Source of the DNA: Vulcanimicrobiota bacterium
GTDB taxonomy: Bacteria > Vulcanimicrobiota > Vulcanimicrobiia > Vulcanimicrobiales > Vulcanimicrobiaceae
Length of the DNA stretch: 64,000 nt
Reading direction: 5' to 3'
Assembly (NCBI GenBank): GCA_963820825.1
Contig: CAWGBN010000008.1
Span: 448,001-512,000, forward strand
Shown: positions 8,926 through 25,981 of the stretch, piece after piece
How the letters are laid out: each line of letters begins with the position of its first letter
Position numbering within the stretch: the first letter of the stretch is position 1
Position numbers and translations under genes: made by a program
Notes under the pieces: model-generated
The model's input: the letters and a program-made list of their open reading frames with translations, nothing else
The model's database searches: none
Told to the model about the DNA's origin: nothing

Positions 8926-8991
8926 GACGACCCTCCGAGTGCCGCAGCGAGGCGGCAAAAACGTTGCTTTCCGTTCTGCGATACGGCTCTC

Positions 8992-16100
<7,109 letters not shown>

Positions 16101-16195
16101 AGTCACTCTCCTACAGGATAGCCCTTGGTTTGTTCCCACTCTTTCGGCGGTATTAACGTAAGGACTTTTGTTCAATAGGAGCTGGAGACGGAGGT

Positions 16196-17694
16196 ATGGT
16201 GCGCTCGCTCGACGCTCGGCCGAGCGCGGCTCGACCGCGTCCTCGCGTGCTGGTGCGAGCGGGCCGCGCGTTGACGCTCTCGCCGATCTGCACCAAGCTC
16301 TTACGCAGATCGCCGCAATCGGTCGTTGCGCGATTTCGGCGGACCACTGCGCGATCGAGATCGCCACCCCCGAGACGGCCTCGCATTCGCGCGAGGCCGG
16401 CGCGTGCCGGGCGACGAGCGGTGACTCGATCGTGAAGAGCCGCTCAGCGACGGCCGCGATACCCTCGGCACGATTACCTGCGCGAGTCGGCATCGGCGAA
16501 CGGCTACGACGAGGCCGCGCGTAAAGCGCTGAAAATCCTCGCCACGGAGCTCGGCATCGTCATCGCGAGCCAAGCATTGACGCGGCGCGAGCACCGCGTC
16601 GCCGACCGGCTCCAGCGCGCGCTGCTCCCCGAGCACCTTCCCGAGATTCCCGGTGCCGAGTTTCACGCCTCCTACCGCCCGGCGAGCGACGAAGCCGAGG
16701 TCGGCGGCGATTGGTTCGATGCGTTCCACTCTTCCCGACCGGCGCGTCGCCGATCTCGGTCGGCGACGTCGCCGGCCACGGATTCGAAGCGGCGGTCATT
16801 ATGGGTGAGGTGCGCCAAGCGATCCGCACCGCCGCGGTCGCCGCGCAGAGTCCGGCGGCGGTGCTCGATTACGTCAACCGGATCATCGGCTTGCGCGAGC
16901 CGGTCGAAATCGTAACGGCGATCTTCGGAATCTACGATCCCGAGACGAGCACGCTGACCTACGCCTCCGCCGGACACCCGCCGCCGCTCTTTGCGCTGGC
17001 AAACGGCTTGGTGCGACGGCTTCCGTCGGGGAGTCTCCCGCTCGGCTGCGTGGAGTCGCTGGGAAGCCGCGATTGGACGGTGACGCTCCCGGCGGGTTCG
17101 CAAGTAGTCTTCTACACCGACGGGCTGATCGAAAACGAACGCGACCTGATCGCCGGCGAGAAGCGGCTCGTCGACGCGGTTAAGGCGTTAACCCTGGAAC
17201 GCCGCGTCGCTGGGGCCGTCTGCGGCGATCCCGCGCTCGCGGTCGAAGAACGAATCTTCAACGGCGCTTCGAATCGCGACGACGCGGCGGTGCTCGTTCT
17301 CTGTCGTGAAGCACCCATTTCGCGTTACGTTTTCTCGGCAGTGGATACCGTCGCGCCGATCGCGCGCGCGATCATCGGTGACGACCTCGACGGGCTGGGT
17401 ATCGATGACGAGCGGCGCTTCGGCGTACTCGTCGCCGTCGGCGAAGCAGTTGCCAATGCGGTGGAGCACGCCTATCGCGGCGGCGACCCGGGATTGATCC
17501 GCTTCGAGATGGCGCGCGAAGAGGGTCTCTTCGTCGTGACCGTTGAGGACTTCGGACGATGGAGACCCTTCGTGCGCCGCGAGGAGCGCGGCCGAGGTAT
17601 CGAACTGATGCACGCGTTCATGGACGGCGTGCAGATCCACTCCACGCACGAATCGACTCGAATCGTGCTGAAGGCGCAGCTAGCCGGCGCTTAG
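16196..17694 (+). CDS. SpoIIE/RsbU-type PP2C phosphatase fused to RsbW-like HATPase; 5' part frameshifted
   Basis: GGAGGT+ATG 16196; LQRALLP, VGGDWFD, GDVAGHG, YTDGLIE, DDAAVL; EAVANAVEHAY, RGRGIELM. Confidence 0.85.
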
Positions 17695-18311
17695 GGATCC
17701 CAACTCGAACGGCCGGTCGGCGACGAAGTTGGCGCCGCCGTTGCCTGCTGGCCGGGCTTCGCGTACTTGCCCACGACCAGCACGTCGCGCATTCCCGAAT
17801 GATAGTGGAAGGCACAGCCGATCAGATAGATGCCGTCTTTGACCAGTGTCATCGTGACCGATTTTCCGTGAGCGATCGGGCCGCTTGCGTAACCGGAGGC
17901 GAGTTTGCCGTCTCCCTTTGCCTTGACCGAGAGAATCGGGTCCTTCGGAAAGACCGCGGGCGCCTTGGCGATCACCTTCACGACGTCGAGCGTATGCGTG
18001 TTGCTCTTCGAGAGGTTGTGAATCGTGATCTTCGTGCCGGGCGGAAAGCCGAGCGCTTGCGAGCGGGTTTGTTGCGTATAGCCGCCCAGCGTCGCCTTCC
18101 ACTTCGACGATTTTAGTTCTCCGAGCCCTTCGCCCGGGAGCTCTTCGCCGATGGTATCCTTCGGCATCGTTGCGTACATCGCGAGATCGCCGACCGGCGG
18201 CAGCATCACCGTATTCCCGCCCATGGCGCTGCCGTTGGTCATGCGTCCGCCGCAGGCGCTGATCGCAAGACCCGCGATCGCCAGCCCGACGGCAATAAGT
18301 CTCCTGGACAT
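17691..18311 (-). CDS. Cupredoxin (type-1 blue copper) lipoprotein, paralog 2
   Basis: ISAC lipobox; HTLD...GCAFHYHSGM gives H, C, H, M ligands. Confidence 0.8.
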   Translation of the reverse strand: MSRRLIAVGLAIAGLAISACGGRMTNGSAMGGNTVMLPPVGDLAMYATMPKDTIGEELPGEGLGELKSSKWKATLGGYTQQTRSQALGFPPGTKITIHNLSKSNTHTLDVVKVIAKAPAVFPKDPILSVKAKGDGKLASGYASGPIAHGKSVTMTLVKDGIYLIGCAFHYHSGMRDVLVVGKYAKPGQQATAAPTSSPTGRSSWDP

Positions 18312-18331
18312 CTTCTCCCCCTTACTGATAG

Positions 18332-18952
18332 CTATGGTTGATAGCTCGAATGTGAACTCGGCGACTGCGTCGACCGCGGCGGCGGCGTCGCCTGCGGCCC
18401 GGGGGTAGCGTGGACGGCGACGACCAGCACGTCGCGCATTCCCGAATGATAGTGGTACGCGCAGCCGATTAAATAGATGCCGGCTTTGGCGAGCGTCACC
18501 GTCACCGATTTACCCGGCTTGATCGGACCGCTCGCGTAACCGAGTTGGAGTTTACCGCCGCCTTTGGGGGGGATCGAAAGCTTTGGATTTGCCGGGAAGA
18601 CCGCGGGCGGCTTGGTGACCACCTTCACGACGTCGAGCGTGTGCGTGATCTTCGACGAGAGATTGCGAATCGTGATCTTCGTGCCGGGCGGAAATCCGAG
18701 CGCTTGCGAGTAGTGCGTCTGCGTATATCCGCCGAGCGTCGCGACCCACTTCTTGGATTTGATCGTACCGAGCCCTTCGAACGGAAGCTCCTCGCCGATC
18801 GTGTCCTTTGGAACGTTTGCGAAGAGTGCCAGATCGCTATCGATCTGCGGAAGGACGACCGTGCCTCCACCGCGGCCAGCGCCCGCGCCGCCGCACGCGG
18901 CGACGGCGAGGCCTGCAAGGGCGACGGCCAGCGCGATAAATTTCCTCACCAT
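18332..18952 (-). CDS. Cupredoxin (type-1 blue copper) lipoprotein, paralog 1
   Basis: VAAC lipobox; HTLD...GCAYHYHSGM. Confidence 0.8.
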   Translation of the reverse strand: MVRKFIALAVALAGLAVAACGGAGAGRGGGTVVLPQIDSDLALFANVPKDTIGEELPFEGLGTIKSKKWVATLGGYTQTHYSQALGFPPGTKITIRNLSSKITHTLDVVKVVTKPPAVFPANPKLSIPPKGGGKLQLGYASGPIKPGKSVTVTLAKAGIYLIGCAYHYHSGMRDVLVVAVHATPGPQATPPPRSTQSPSSHSSYQP

Positions 18953-19000
18953 TCCCCGACTCTAGGCCGGGGGCATGAAGAAAGTCTAAAAACGCCGGCT

Positions 19001-20060
19001 CTAGACGTTCAAGCGAAGGCGCATGCTCGTCTCGGTCGTCGCCCCGCTCTCCGGGTCGGTGACGACGATTCGCACGGTCACGGTCTGCTGCCCCATCAGC
19101 GTCGTCAGCCGCACCGCGAGCTGAAAGTTCCCGCGCGGGCCGGCCGTCACCGTGTCGCTGAAATTCCCCGGTCGACGCGGGAGAGGGACCGGCGGTTATG
19201 CGAACACGCCCGTTTGCGACCGTGTTTCCCGAGATGGTGAAGTTCCGGCCGACGGCCGCGTTCGGCGCCGGCTGGTAGATCGTGAGCGGCATCTCCGGAC
19301 GCAGGACCGTGAAGGACCAGGCGCGATCGAAGGTGACCCCGCCGGGACCACGGCCCGCGACGCGCACGGTATGGCTGCCGAATGCGAGCGGCGCCGGCGG
19401 TTTAAAGGAAAAGCCGGTGGCCGAGACTCCGCTCTGCATCGTTCTGTTCGCGTCGTCGAGCCAAACGCGCACGCTTGCGGCATCGACGTTACGCGTGAAC
19501 TGCGCCCTGATCAGCGCGAACCGGTCGCGGGTCTCGCCTCCCGGCGACGGCTGCTGCGCCCGCAACCGCACCTCGGGTGGCGGATTCGGCGGCGGCGGCA
19601 TCGGTGGACGCGGATTCGGCGGGGGCGGCACGGGACCCGACATTTGAATCGCAACGACACTCGTCGATGCATCGTATCCGACGTTGGCACCGAGCGATTG
19701 TGCGACGAAACGCAGCGGAACGTAGGTCGTCGCGCCTACGATGAACGGGGCGACGTCGAGGGTCTGCACTTGCCCGTTGACGGTCGCTTGCGTCGAGCCG
19801 ATGTGGAGTGAGATCGTCGTGCTCTCTTTGGTCGCATTGATCGTACCGGCCGAGTAGACGACCGCGGCGCCGAGCCGCTCGAATATTCCACGCAGTGGAA
19901 CGAAGACGCGCCCGACGCGTTCGATCGGACCCGGATTGAGGTAGAGCGGCTGACCGTTGACCGTAACCGTGACCTGCTGCGCGAGCGCCGGCGGCGAACC
20001 CGCCAGAGCGAGTGCGACGATCAGAGCCGCGGCGAGGCGGCGATGCGACGTTGCGAACAT
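19001..20060 (-). CDS. Secreted protein with copper amine oxidase N-terminal (Cu_amine_oxidN1) domain and Ig-like domains; one frameshift near 19160
   Basis: GRVFVPLRGIFERLGAAV, TYVPLRFVAQSLGANV; alternate frame ends ...SMRLRLNV* at 19001. Confidence 0.75.
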
Positions 20061-20072
20061 GAGGTGGCCTTT

Positions 20073-21350
20073 TTACCGGCCGGCTGTGGCGCCCTGCCCC
20101 TTCGCTCGCTCCTCGGCCTCCGCACGCAGTTGTGCGAGCAGCACGATGCGGACCATCTCGATTCCCGGCGACAGAAGGACCCAGTACCGTCGAAAGCGCC
20201 GGCGGCTCTGCGGATCCGTCGCGAGCGCACGCGTCTGGGTTCGGGCAATCGAGGCGTGCTCGCCGAGCGGGTCGATGCGCAAGTTGAAGGCGATCTTGAC
20301 GTACCCCGGGATGTCGAAACGCTTGAACTCGACCGGACTCAAGCCGCGAAAGACCGGTTCGCTCTCCCACGGTTTGGTGACGGCACCAAAGACCAACTCA
20401 CGCCCGGTCTCTTCGCCGACGATCCTCCATCCGAGATCGTCGAGTTGTTCGAGCAGCGCGTGACGCGGCTCGCGCTCTGGGTGATGGCCCCGCATAAGGA
20501 TTTGTCGCGCGCGAAAGAGCGCCTGAACGATCGGAGAGCGTTCGAGATCCGTCTCGCGCATCGCGTCGAATGCCAGTGCCGCCGGAGCGTCGATCTTGGT
20601 CTCATGATCGAGGCAAACGTCGTATTGCGGCATCGACTCGTCGAGCAGCGAACTCGCGCGCTTGGTGTTGCCAAAACGTGCCCACGCCACGGCGGCGTAG
20701 CTCAAATACGCCGCTGCGGCGACGAGGCCGAATCCCGCGACGACCCGGATCGGTCTTTCGCCCCACGCGTGCCGCCGCCGCATGTCGGATCGCGCGAGGC
20801 ACTCCATGCGACCCAACCATCGCGAGCAGTCCTTTTCACCCGGCGCACCGGCGTTTCCGACGAGCGTTACGCGCACTGGAGCGACGCCGATCATCCTCAA
20901 CATACGCGTTAGGCTCTTGATCATGTGGGCGCCGAAATAGCTGCGGTAGACGAGGGCGGGCATACCCATCGTCACGACCAGCCGCGCGGATTTTCCACCC
21001 AGTAGCCTTTTGCCGGAGCGATCGCCGGCGGCGACCACCAAACCCGGCCGAAAGAGTTGTTCGATCAATCCCTTGAGCAACGCGGGCATATCACCGATCC
21101 AAAGCGGAAAGAAAAAGACCAACTGATCGGCCCACGCAATGTCGTGCTGCGCCGCTTGGACTGCTTCGGGCGCGGTGCCCTTGAAAAAGTCGTCGTAGGT
21201 GCGAAGGATCGGGAACTCCAATCGCGAGACGTCGACGACGCGCACTTCACCCCCGGCCGCCGTCATCGCTTGCGCGTATCGGCCCGCAAGGACCCGATTG
21301 AGACGCTCTTCCGACGGATCGGGGTGACCGACGATGATGGTGGACTTCAA
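20073..21350 (-). CDS. Flavodoxin-2 NAD(P)H:quinone oxidoreductase fused to a TM helix and a C-terminal DUF2867/SRPBCC-like domain
   Basis: GHPD, WADQLVFFFPLWIGDMPALLKG, GKSARLVVTMG; C-terminal F.RYW..; GGAGG + TTG at 21350. Confidence 0.75.
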   Translation of the reverse strand: MKSTIIVGHPDPSEERLNRVLAGRYAQAMTAAGGEVRVVDVSRLEFPILRTYDDFFKGTAPEAVQAAQHDIAWADQLVFFFPLWIGDMPALLKGLIEQLFRPGLVVAAGDRSGKRLLGGKSARLVVTMGMPALVYRSYFGAHMIKSLTRMLRMIGVAPVRVTLVGNAGAPGEKDCSRWLGRMECLARSDMRRRHAWGERPIRVVAGFGLVAAAAYLSYAAVAWARFGNTKRASSLLDESMPQYDVCLDHETKIDAPAALAFDAMRETDLERSPIVQALFRARQILMRGHHPEREPRHALLEQLDDLGWRIVGEETGRELVFGAVTKPWESEPVFRGLSPVEFKRFDIPGYVKIAFNLRIDPLGEHASIARTQTRALATDPQSRRRFRRYWVLLSPGIEMVRIVLLAQLRAEAEERAKGQGATAGR

Positions 21351-21500
21351 GTTATGTGCCTCCGAAGCTTGACGGCGGCATCCTAGCACGCCATCGGGAA
21401 GGCCTGAGGAAGATCCTGAAAAGCGGGGGGCTACTAAGCAAGCGGGAAAAGGAGGAGCGATCTCAAAAGGGTCGGCTTTCCCAGACTTCTGTTTTACTTT

Positions 21501-23054
21501 TTGGAGGTTTGTGTGCTTCGCTTCAGCTTAAGATCGGCACTAATTACGACTGCCGCGACCTTGGCGGTTGGAGTGGCCGGATGTTCCGGCGGCCATTCCA
21601 TGCTGCCGGGTGTGTCGCAACAGACGCTTGCGACCTGGCGCCACAGCCACCCGGGGCGAATCACGCGAATGGCAAGTCCTCCGGATTACATGCAGCTAGA
21701 ATGGCTGATGACCGACGGCACCGTTCTCGCGCAGAGCGGATCGAACTGGAGCACCTTCTGGCTCCTCACGCCCGACTCGACCGGCAGCTACTCAAACGGA
21801 ACGTGGACGCAGGTCGGCTCGCTGCAGTCGGGCTACGGTCCCGACGCCGCAGCCGCGGACGTGCTCGCAAACGGCCTGTTCGTGATCACCGGCGGCGAGT
21901 ACAACGAGCCGGGCAACGGGTACGATCTTCAGCTCACCAATCTCGGCGCCGTCTACGATCCGATCAAGAAGACGTTCACGCCGCTCGGACATCCAAAGAA
22001 GTGGGGCTGGATCGGCGACTCTCCTTCGACGGTTCTCGCCGACGGACGCCTGCTCGTCGGTCAAAAGCTTAGCGAACAAGACGCGTACGTCGATCCGAAG
22101 ACGCTGACTTGGAAGGTCGTTAGCCATAAAGGCAAAGCGGACTTCAATGCCGAGGAAGGCTGGACGCTGCTCGCGAGCGGTAAGATCCTCACCGCCGACG
22201 TAAAGAACGCGCCGAACTCCGAGCTCTACGATCCGTCGACGAGCAAGTGGACGTCGGCCGGTTCGACGATCGTCGACCTGCACTCGCCGTCGCCATATGG
22301 ATGTTTGCTCTACGGCCCGAGCCTCTGCTACTACCCGCCGGGCGAGATCGGTCCGTCGATCCTGCGTCCCGATGGAACTGTCTTCTACACCGGATCCTAT
22401 TCGAGCGGGTACGGCCCGGGACACACCTCGGTCTACAATTCGAAGACGAACTCGTGGACGAAGGGACCCGACTTTCCCAACGGCGACAACGCCGGCGACA
22501 ACTTTGCGGTTCTCGAACCGAGCGGCAACGTCTTAGTCTTCGGTGGTAGCGGCACTGCGTACGAATGGAACGGCACGACGCTCACGCAGCTCAACGGCGT
22601 CAACGAGAGCGGCTCGCCGCTGCTATTGCCGACCGGCCAAATCCTGCTGCTAAGCAACTCGGCCGTTCTCTACACGCCGACCGGTTCGCCGAAGGCGGGC
22701 TGGGCGCCGAAGATCTCGACCTTCCCGTCGAGCATCAGCGCCGGCCAGACGTATAAGATCACCGGCAAGCAGTTCAATGGTTTGAGCCAAGCGGTGGCAT
22801 TCGGCGACGAGTATCAGAACGCGACGAACTACCCGCTCGTGCGAATTAGCATGAACTCGGGCGGCAAGGTCTACTATGCGCGAACGCACGATCACAGCAC
22901 GATGGGCGTTGCAACCGGAAAGAAGACGGTCTTCACCTACTTCGACGTCCCCTCGAACATCGTCTCGGGAGGGGCGACGCTCCAAGTGGTCGCCAACGGC
23001 ATCGCGTCAAAGCCGGTCAACGTGACGGTTTCGGGAGCGGGCCACCGGCATTAG
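21501..23054 (+). CDS. Kelch/galactose-oxidase-like beta-propeller lipoprotein
   Basis: VAGC lipobox; repeats LL.(D/S)G.(V/I)L...YDP....WT; C-terminal Ig-like domain. Confidence 0.75.
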   Translation: MEVCVLRFSLRSALITTAATLAVGVAGCSGGHSMLPGVSQQTLATWRHSHPGRITRMASPPDYMQLEWLMTDGTVLAQSGSNWSTFWLLTPDSTGSYSNGTWTQVGSLQSGYGPDAAAADVLANGLFVITGGEYNEPGNGYDLQLTNLGAVYDPIKKTFTPLGHPKKWGWIGDSPSTVLADGRLLVGQKLSEQDAYVDPKTLTWKVVSHKGKADFNAEEGWTLLASGKILTADVKNAPNSELYDPSTSKWTSAGSTIVDLHSPSPYGCLLYGPSLCYYPPGEIGPSILRPDGTVFYTGSYSSGYGPGHTSVYNSKTNSWTKGPDFPNGDNAGDNFAVLEPSGNVLVFGGSGTAYEWNGTTLTQLNGVNESGSPLLLPTGQILLLSNSAVLYTPTGSPKAGWAPKISTFPSSISAGQTYKITGKQFNGLSQAVAFGDEYQNATNYPLVRISMNSGGKVYYARTHDHSTMGVATGKKTVFTYFDVPSNIVSGGATLQVVANGIASKPVNVTVSGAGHRH

Positions 23055-23060
23055 ATCGAC

Positions 23061-23882
23061 GTGGCGCACGTCGTCACGCACCGCGAGTTCAAGCTGTTGT
23101 TGCAGGCGGAGTGCTTCCCAACGAAGCGCTCCGTCATCGCCTTCAACGACGAGCTCGCGCAGATCGCCACGAAACTGCACGTCGATTACGAAGAGTTCGA
23201 CGCGCTCGAGTCGGGCCTGAGGCAGGTCCGCTTCTTCGACACCCCCGACCAGCTCTTCCGTAAGAACAGCATCATTCTGCGCATCCGGCGCGATCAAAGC
23301 TCCGGCTGGCCGGACGAGACCTGGGAGGTAACCTTCAAGCGGCGCTCGTCCGATTATCAGAAGGCCGCTGACTTCGAAGTTGCCTGCTCGTTAGGCATCA
23401 AGGAACGGCGCAAGTTCAAGGAAGAGATCCTGCGAGGCGACGAGATCGGCTCCGTGCGGCGCATCTTCTCGAACAACAACGTCCTCGAATCTCCGTTACA
23501 GAACTTCAGCGCACCGATGTCGCGGATCGCCGACATCTTTCGCGGGCTAAACGATTTCGGGTTCGATCCGAACGCAACGGTCGCCCCAGTCAACGACGCG
23601 CGGGTCTTCGAGATCCAATCGAAGCTCGGTCTGCTGAACTTCGGGAAGGACGTCGCGGCGCATATGGACCTTGCGGTCTGGGTGCGTCCGACGAACGACG
23701 CGTTCAACGTGGTCGTCGCCGAGCTCGCCTTTGCCTATAAGATCTTGGGAACGACGGCAAAAGCGCAAGCCGGTCACGAAGCGGCCGATCGATTCTTCAA
23801 AGAGATTCAAGAGCCGCTGCGCGACCGGCTCGCGCAAGGTACGACGAAGACCGCGCTGATCTACGGGGTCGCCGAGGTCTGA
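23061..23882 (+). CDS. CYTH-like (triphosphate tunnel) domain protein
   Basis: N-terminal REFK, FFDTPD..F..NSIILRIR, VTFK, ELAF. Confidence 0.55.
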   Translation: MAHVVTHREFKLLLQAECFPTKRSVIAFNDELAQIATKLHVDYEEFDALESGLRQVRFFDTPDQLFRKNSIILRIRRDQSSGWPDETWEVTFKRRSSDYQKAADFEVACSLGIKERRKFKEEILRGDEIGSVRRIFSNNNVLESPLQNFSAPMSRIADIFRGLNDFGFDPNATVAPVNDARVFEIQSKLGLLNFGKDVAAHMDLAVWVRPTNDAFNVVVAELAFAYKILGTTAKAQAGHEAADRFFKEIQEPLRDRLAQGTTKTALIYGVAEV

Positions 23883-24284
23883 CTACCCCGGCGGCGGCGG
23901 AGGCTGGCCTCCGGTAATCGCCGTCGCGTAGAAGTTTTCACCCTGCCAGTAGCCGTGCGCGACAATTTGCCGGCCGACCGCGACGCGTCCGGTCGTTTGA
24001 TTGTCGAGCGCCGCGGAGTCGTCGATGACGACCTGGCGCCCGGTGAGCTGCAGCGTCACGAGATGGCCTTTAACGCTTACGATCGTGCCGGCGACGACTT
24101 CATGCTTGTACGTCGTCGTTGGACAGCTGTCGTTCGGCGTCCAAACGTCGCCCTGCCAGCTGCCGCATGCCGAATCGACATACGGCGGCGCGGCTGGAGG
24201 CGGCGGCGCTCCTTGCGCGAGTGCGGTCGCACCGGCGGTAAGCGTGCCGGCGGCCGCTATAAGGATCGTAATGAGTGCTTTCAT
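23883..24284 (-). CDS. Small secreted OB-fold-like protein
   Basis: Signal peptide; GTIVSV...V.VG..I..HG......FYATAI. Confidence 0.6.
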   Translation of the reverse strand: MKALITILIAAAGTLTAGATALAQGAPPPPAAPPYVDSACGSWQGDVWTPNDSCPTTTYKHEVVAGTIVSVKGHLVTLQLTGRQVVIDDSAALDNQTTGRVAVGRQIVAHGYWQGENFYATAITGGQPPPPPG

Positions 24285-24342
24285 AGCTCTCTGCTTTCCC
24301 AATCGCGTTTTCTTCAAAGCGCGACCGAGCGTTCGCACGCGA

Positions 24343-24379
24343 GCGGCGGTGAGCGGAGCGATCTCCGCTCACCCGCCGC
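24343..24379. terminator. Hairpin directly after hsp20 stop
   Basis: GCGGCGGTGAGCGGAG-CGAT-CTCCGCTCACCCGCCGC. Confidence 0.55.
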
Positions 24380-24384
24380 CGTGG

Positions 24385-24819
24385 TTATGCGGATTTAACC
24401 TCGATCTTTTTTGGGGCGATCGGTCGTGCCGGCGTCAAAAGAACCTTAAGCACGCCTTTCTCGATCGTCGCGGAGACGCTCTCGGCATCGAGGTCTTGCG
24501 GCAGCGTGACGCTGCGCGAGAACGAGCCGCGGCGCATCTCGCGCCGATGGTACTTGACGTCCTTCTTCTCGCTTTTTTCGACGTGCTGACCGCTGACCGT
24601 CACGGTGCCGCCGTCGACTTCCACGTTGATTTCGCTCGGATCGTAGCCCGGCGTCGCCATCTCCAACACGTACTTGCCGTCCTTTTCGTAGAGATCGAGC
24701 GGCGCAAGCACGTTCTGATACCGCGTGGCCGGCCATTGCATATCGAAGAACGAATCGAACATTTGGTCGAGTAGCGCGAGGTCGCCACCGTTACCATCCC
24801 TTGTTTTTAGCAGAGTCAT
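24385..24819 (-). CDS. Hsp20/alpha-crystallin small heat shock protein
   Basis: DLYE....Y.LE...PG, RREMRRGSFSRSVTLP, A.IEKGVL.V, KKIEV. Confidence 0.93.
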   Translation of the reverse strand: MTLLKTRDGNGGDLALLDQMFDSFFDMQWPATRYQNVLAPLDLYEKDGKYVLEMATPGYDPSEINVEVDGGTVTVSGQHVEKSEKKDVKYHRREMRRGSFSRSVTLPQDLDAESVSATIEKGVLKVLLTPARPIAPKKIEVKSA

Positions 24820-24892
24820 AACTTGAGTTTCCTTCCTTACTTACTCCATATCAATGTTATACGTGCCGATTCTAGCGCGTCGCTGAGAAAAA

Positions 24893-25537
24893 CTAGAGAA
24901 AGCGCGCGAACCATTCCCGCGCGAGCCGCGCAACTTCGGCGAGCGTCCCCGGCTCTTCAAAGAGATGCGTCGCGCCCGGCACGATTGCGATTTGCCGGGG
25001 CGCGGTCATTCGAGCCGCGGCCTCCCGGTTAAGCCGGAGAACCACCTCGTCCGCACCGCCGACGACGAGCAGCGTCGGCGCCGCAACGCGCGACAGGTAG
25101 GCTCCCGCGAGATCGGGACGTCCGCCGCGCGAGACGACGGCACCGACGTGCTTCGGTAACGATGCCGCCGCGACGAGCGCGGCTGCAGCGCCGGTGCTCG
25201 CGCCGAAGTATCCGATCGGCAAGTCGCGCACGGTCGGCTCTTCCAGCGCCCACTTGGTCGCCGCGACGAGCCGTTTGGCCAAGAGTCCGATGTCGAACCG
25301 AAGCGCCGCCGTTCGCCGGTCGACCGACTCCTCTTCGGGAGTGAGCAGATCGAAGAGCAACGATGCGATATTGCCTTCGGCGAGCGCGTCGGCGACGAAG
25401 CCGTTGCGCGGACTATGGCGGCTGCTGCCGCTGCCGTGCGCGAAGAGCACCAAACCGGTCGCCTTCGCGGGGCGTCTCAAGAACGCAGGGCCGACGATTC
25501 CCTTGCCGATCCGCACGTCGATTTCCGAAAGATTCAC
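24893..25537 (-). CDS. Dienelactone hydrolase-family alpha/beta hydrolase
   Basis: FAHGSGSSRHSPRN, GYFGASTG, VSRGGRPDLA, HLFEEPG. Confidence 0.85.
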   Translation of the reverse strand: MNLSEIDVRIGKGIVGPAFLRRPAKATGLVLFAHGSGSSRHSPRNGFVADALAEGNIASLLFDLLTPEEESVDRRTAALRFDIGLLAKRLVAATKWALEEPTVRDLPIGYFGASTGAAAALVAAASLPKHVGAVVSRGGRPDLAGAYLSRVAAPTLLVVGGADEVVLRLNREAAARMTAPRQIAIVPGATHLFEEPGTLAEVARLAREWFARFL

Positions 25538-25621
25538 GCCTTCCCATGGTATCCGATACTTGGGAAGCACCCGGGAAGCAGGCTTCCTCGGCGATTCTCG
25601 ATTTCGCGGTAGCATCGCCCC

Positions 25622-25981
25622 ATGGAAAGACGGTATGCGGCGATTGACGGCGCGGCCCCGGTATCGGTATTGCGGCTGATCGAGGTCTCGCCCGACGATT
25701 TCGAACGCCTTTACGGCGAGATCGCGAGCTTCATGAACGGTCCCGGCGCGGAATTGCCGGGCCTCATCGAGACGCAACTCTTCGGCAGCGTGGATCGTAC
25801 GCGAATTGCAATCCTCGTGCACTTCCGCTCGCACCGCGACTGGGTACACGCGCAGTGGGACGTGCGGCTCGGCGAACTCCTCGAAGAGATCGTCACCAAC
25901 TCGGCGGCGATCGACTTCAATCTCTACCGCACCGACCGGTTCCCAACGGAGACCACGAAGCAGGGTATCGCGCAGAGCTGA
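25622..25981 (+). CDS. Antibiotic biosynthesis monooxygenase-like dimeric alpha/beta barrel protein
   Basis: PGLIETQLFGSVDRTRI pattern; size. Confidence 0.5.
   Translation: MERRYAAIDGAAPVSVLRLIEVSPDDFERLYGEIASFMNGPGAELPGLIETQLFGSVDRTRIAILVHFRSHRDWVHAQWDVRLGELLEEIVTNSAAIDFNLYRTDRFPTETTKQGIAQS

Noticed and set aside
24822..24828. HspR HAIR operator (CTTGAGT) upstream of hsp20
   Set aside because: Only one half-site; no CTTGAGT-N7-ACTCAAG dyad and no CIRCE
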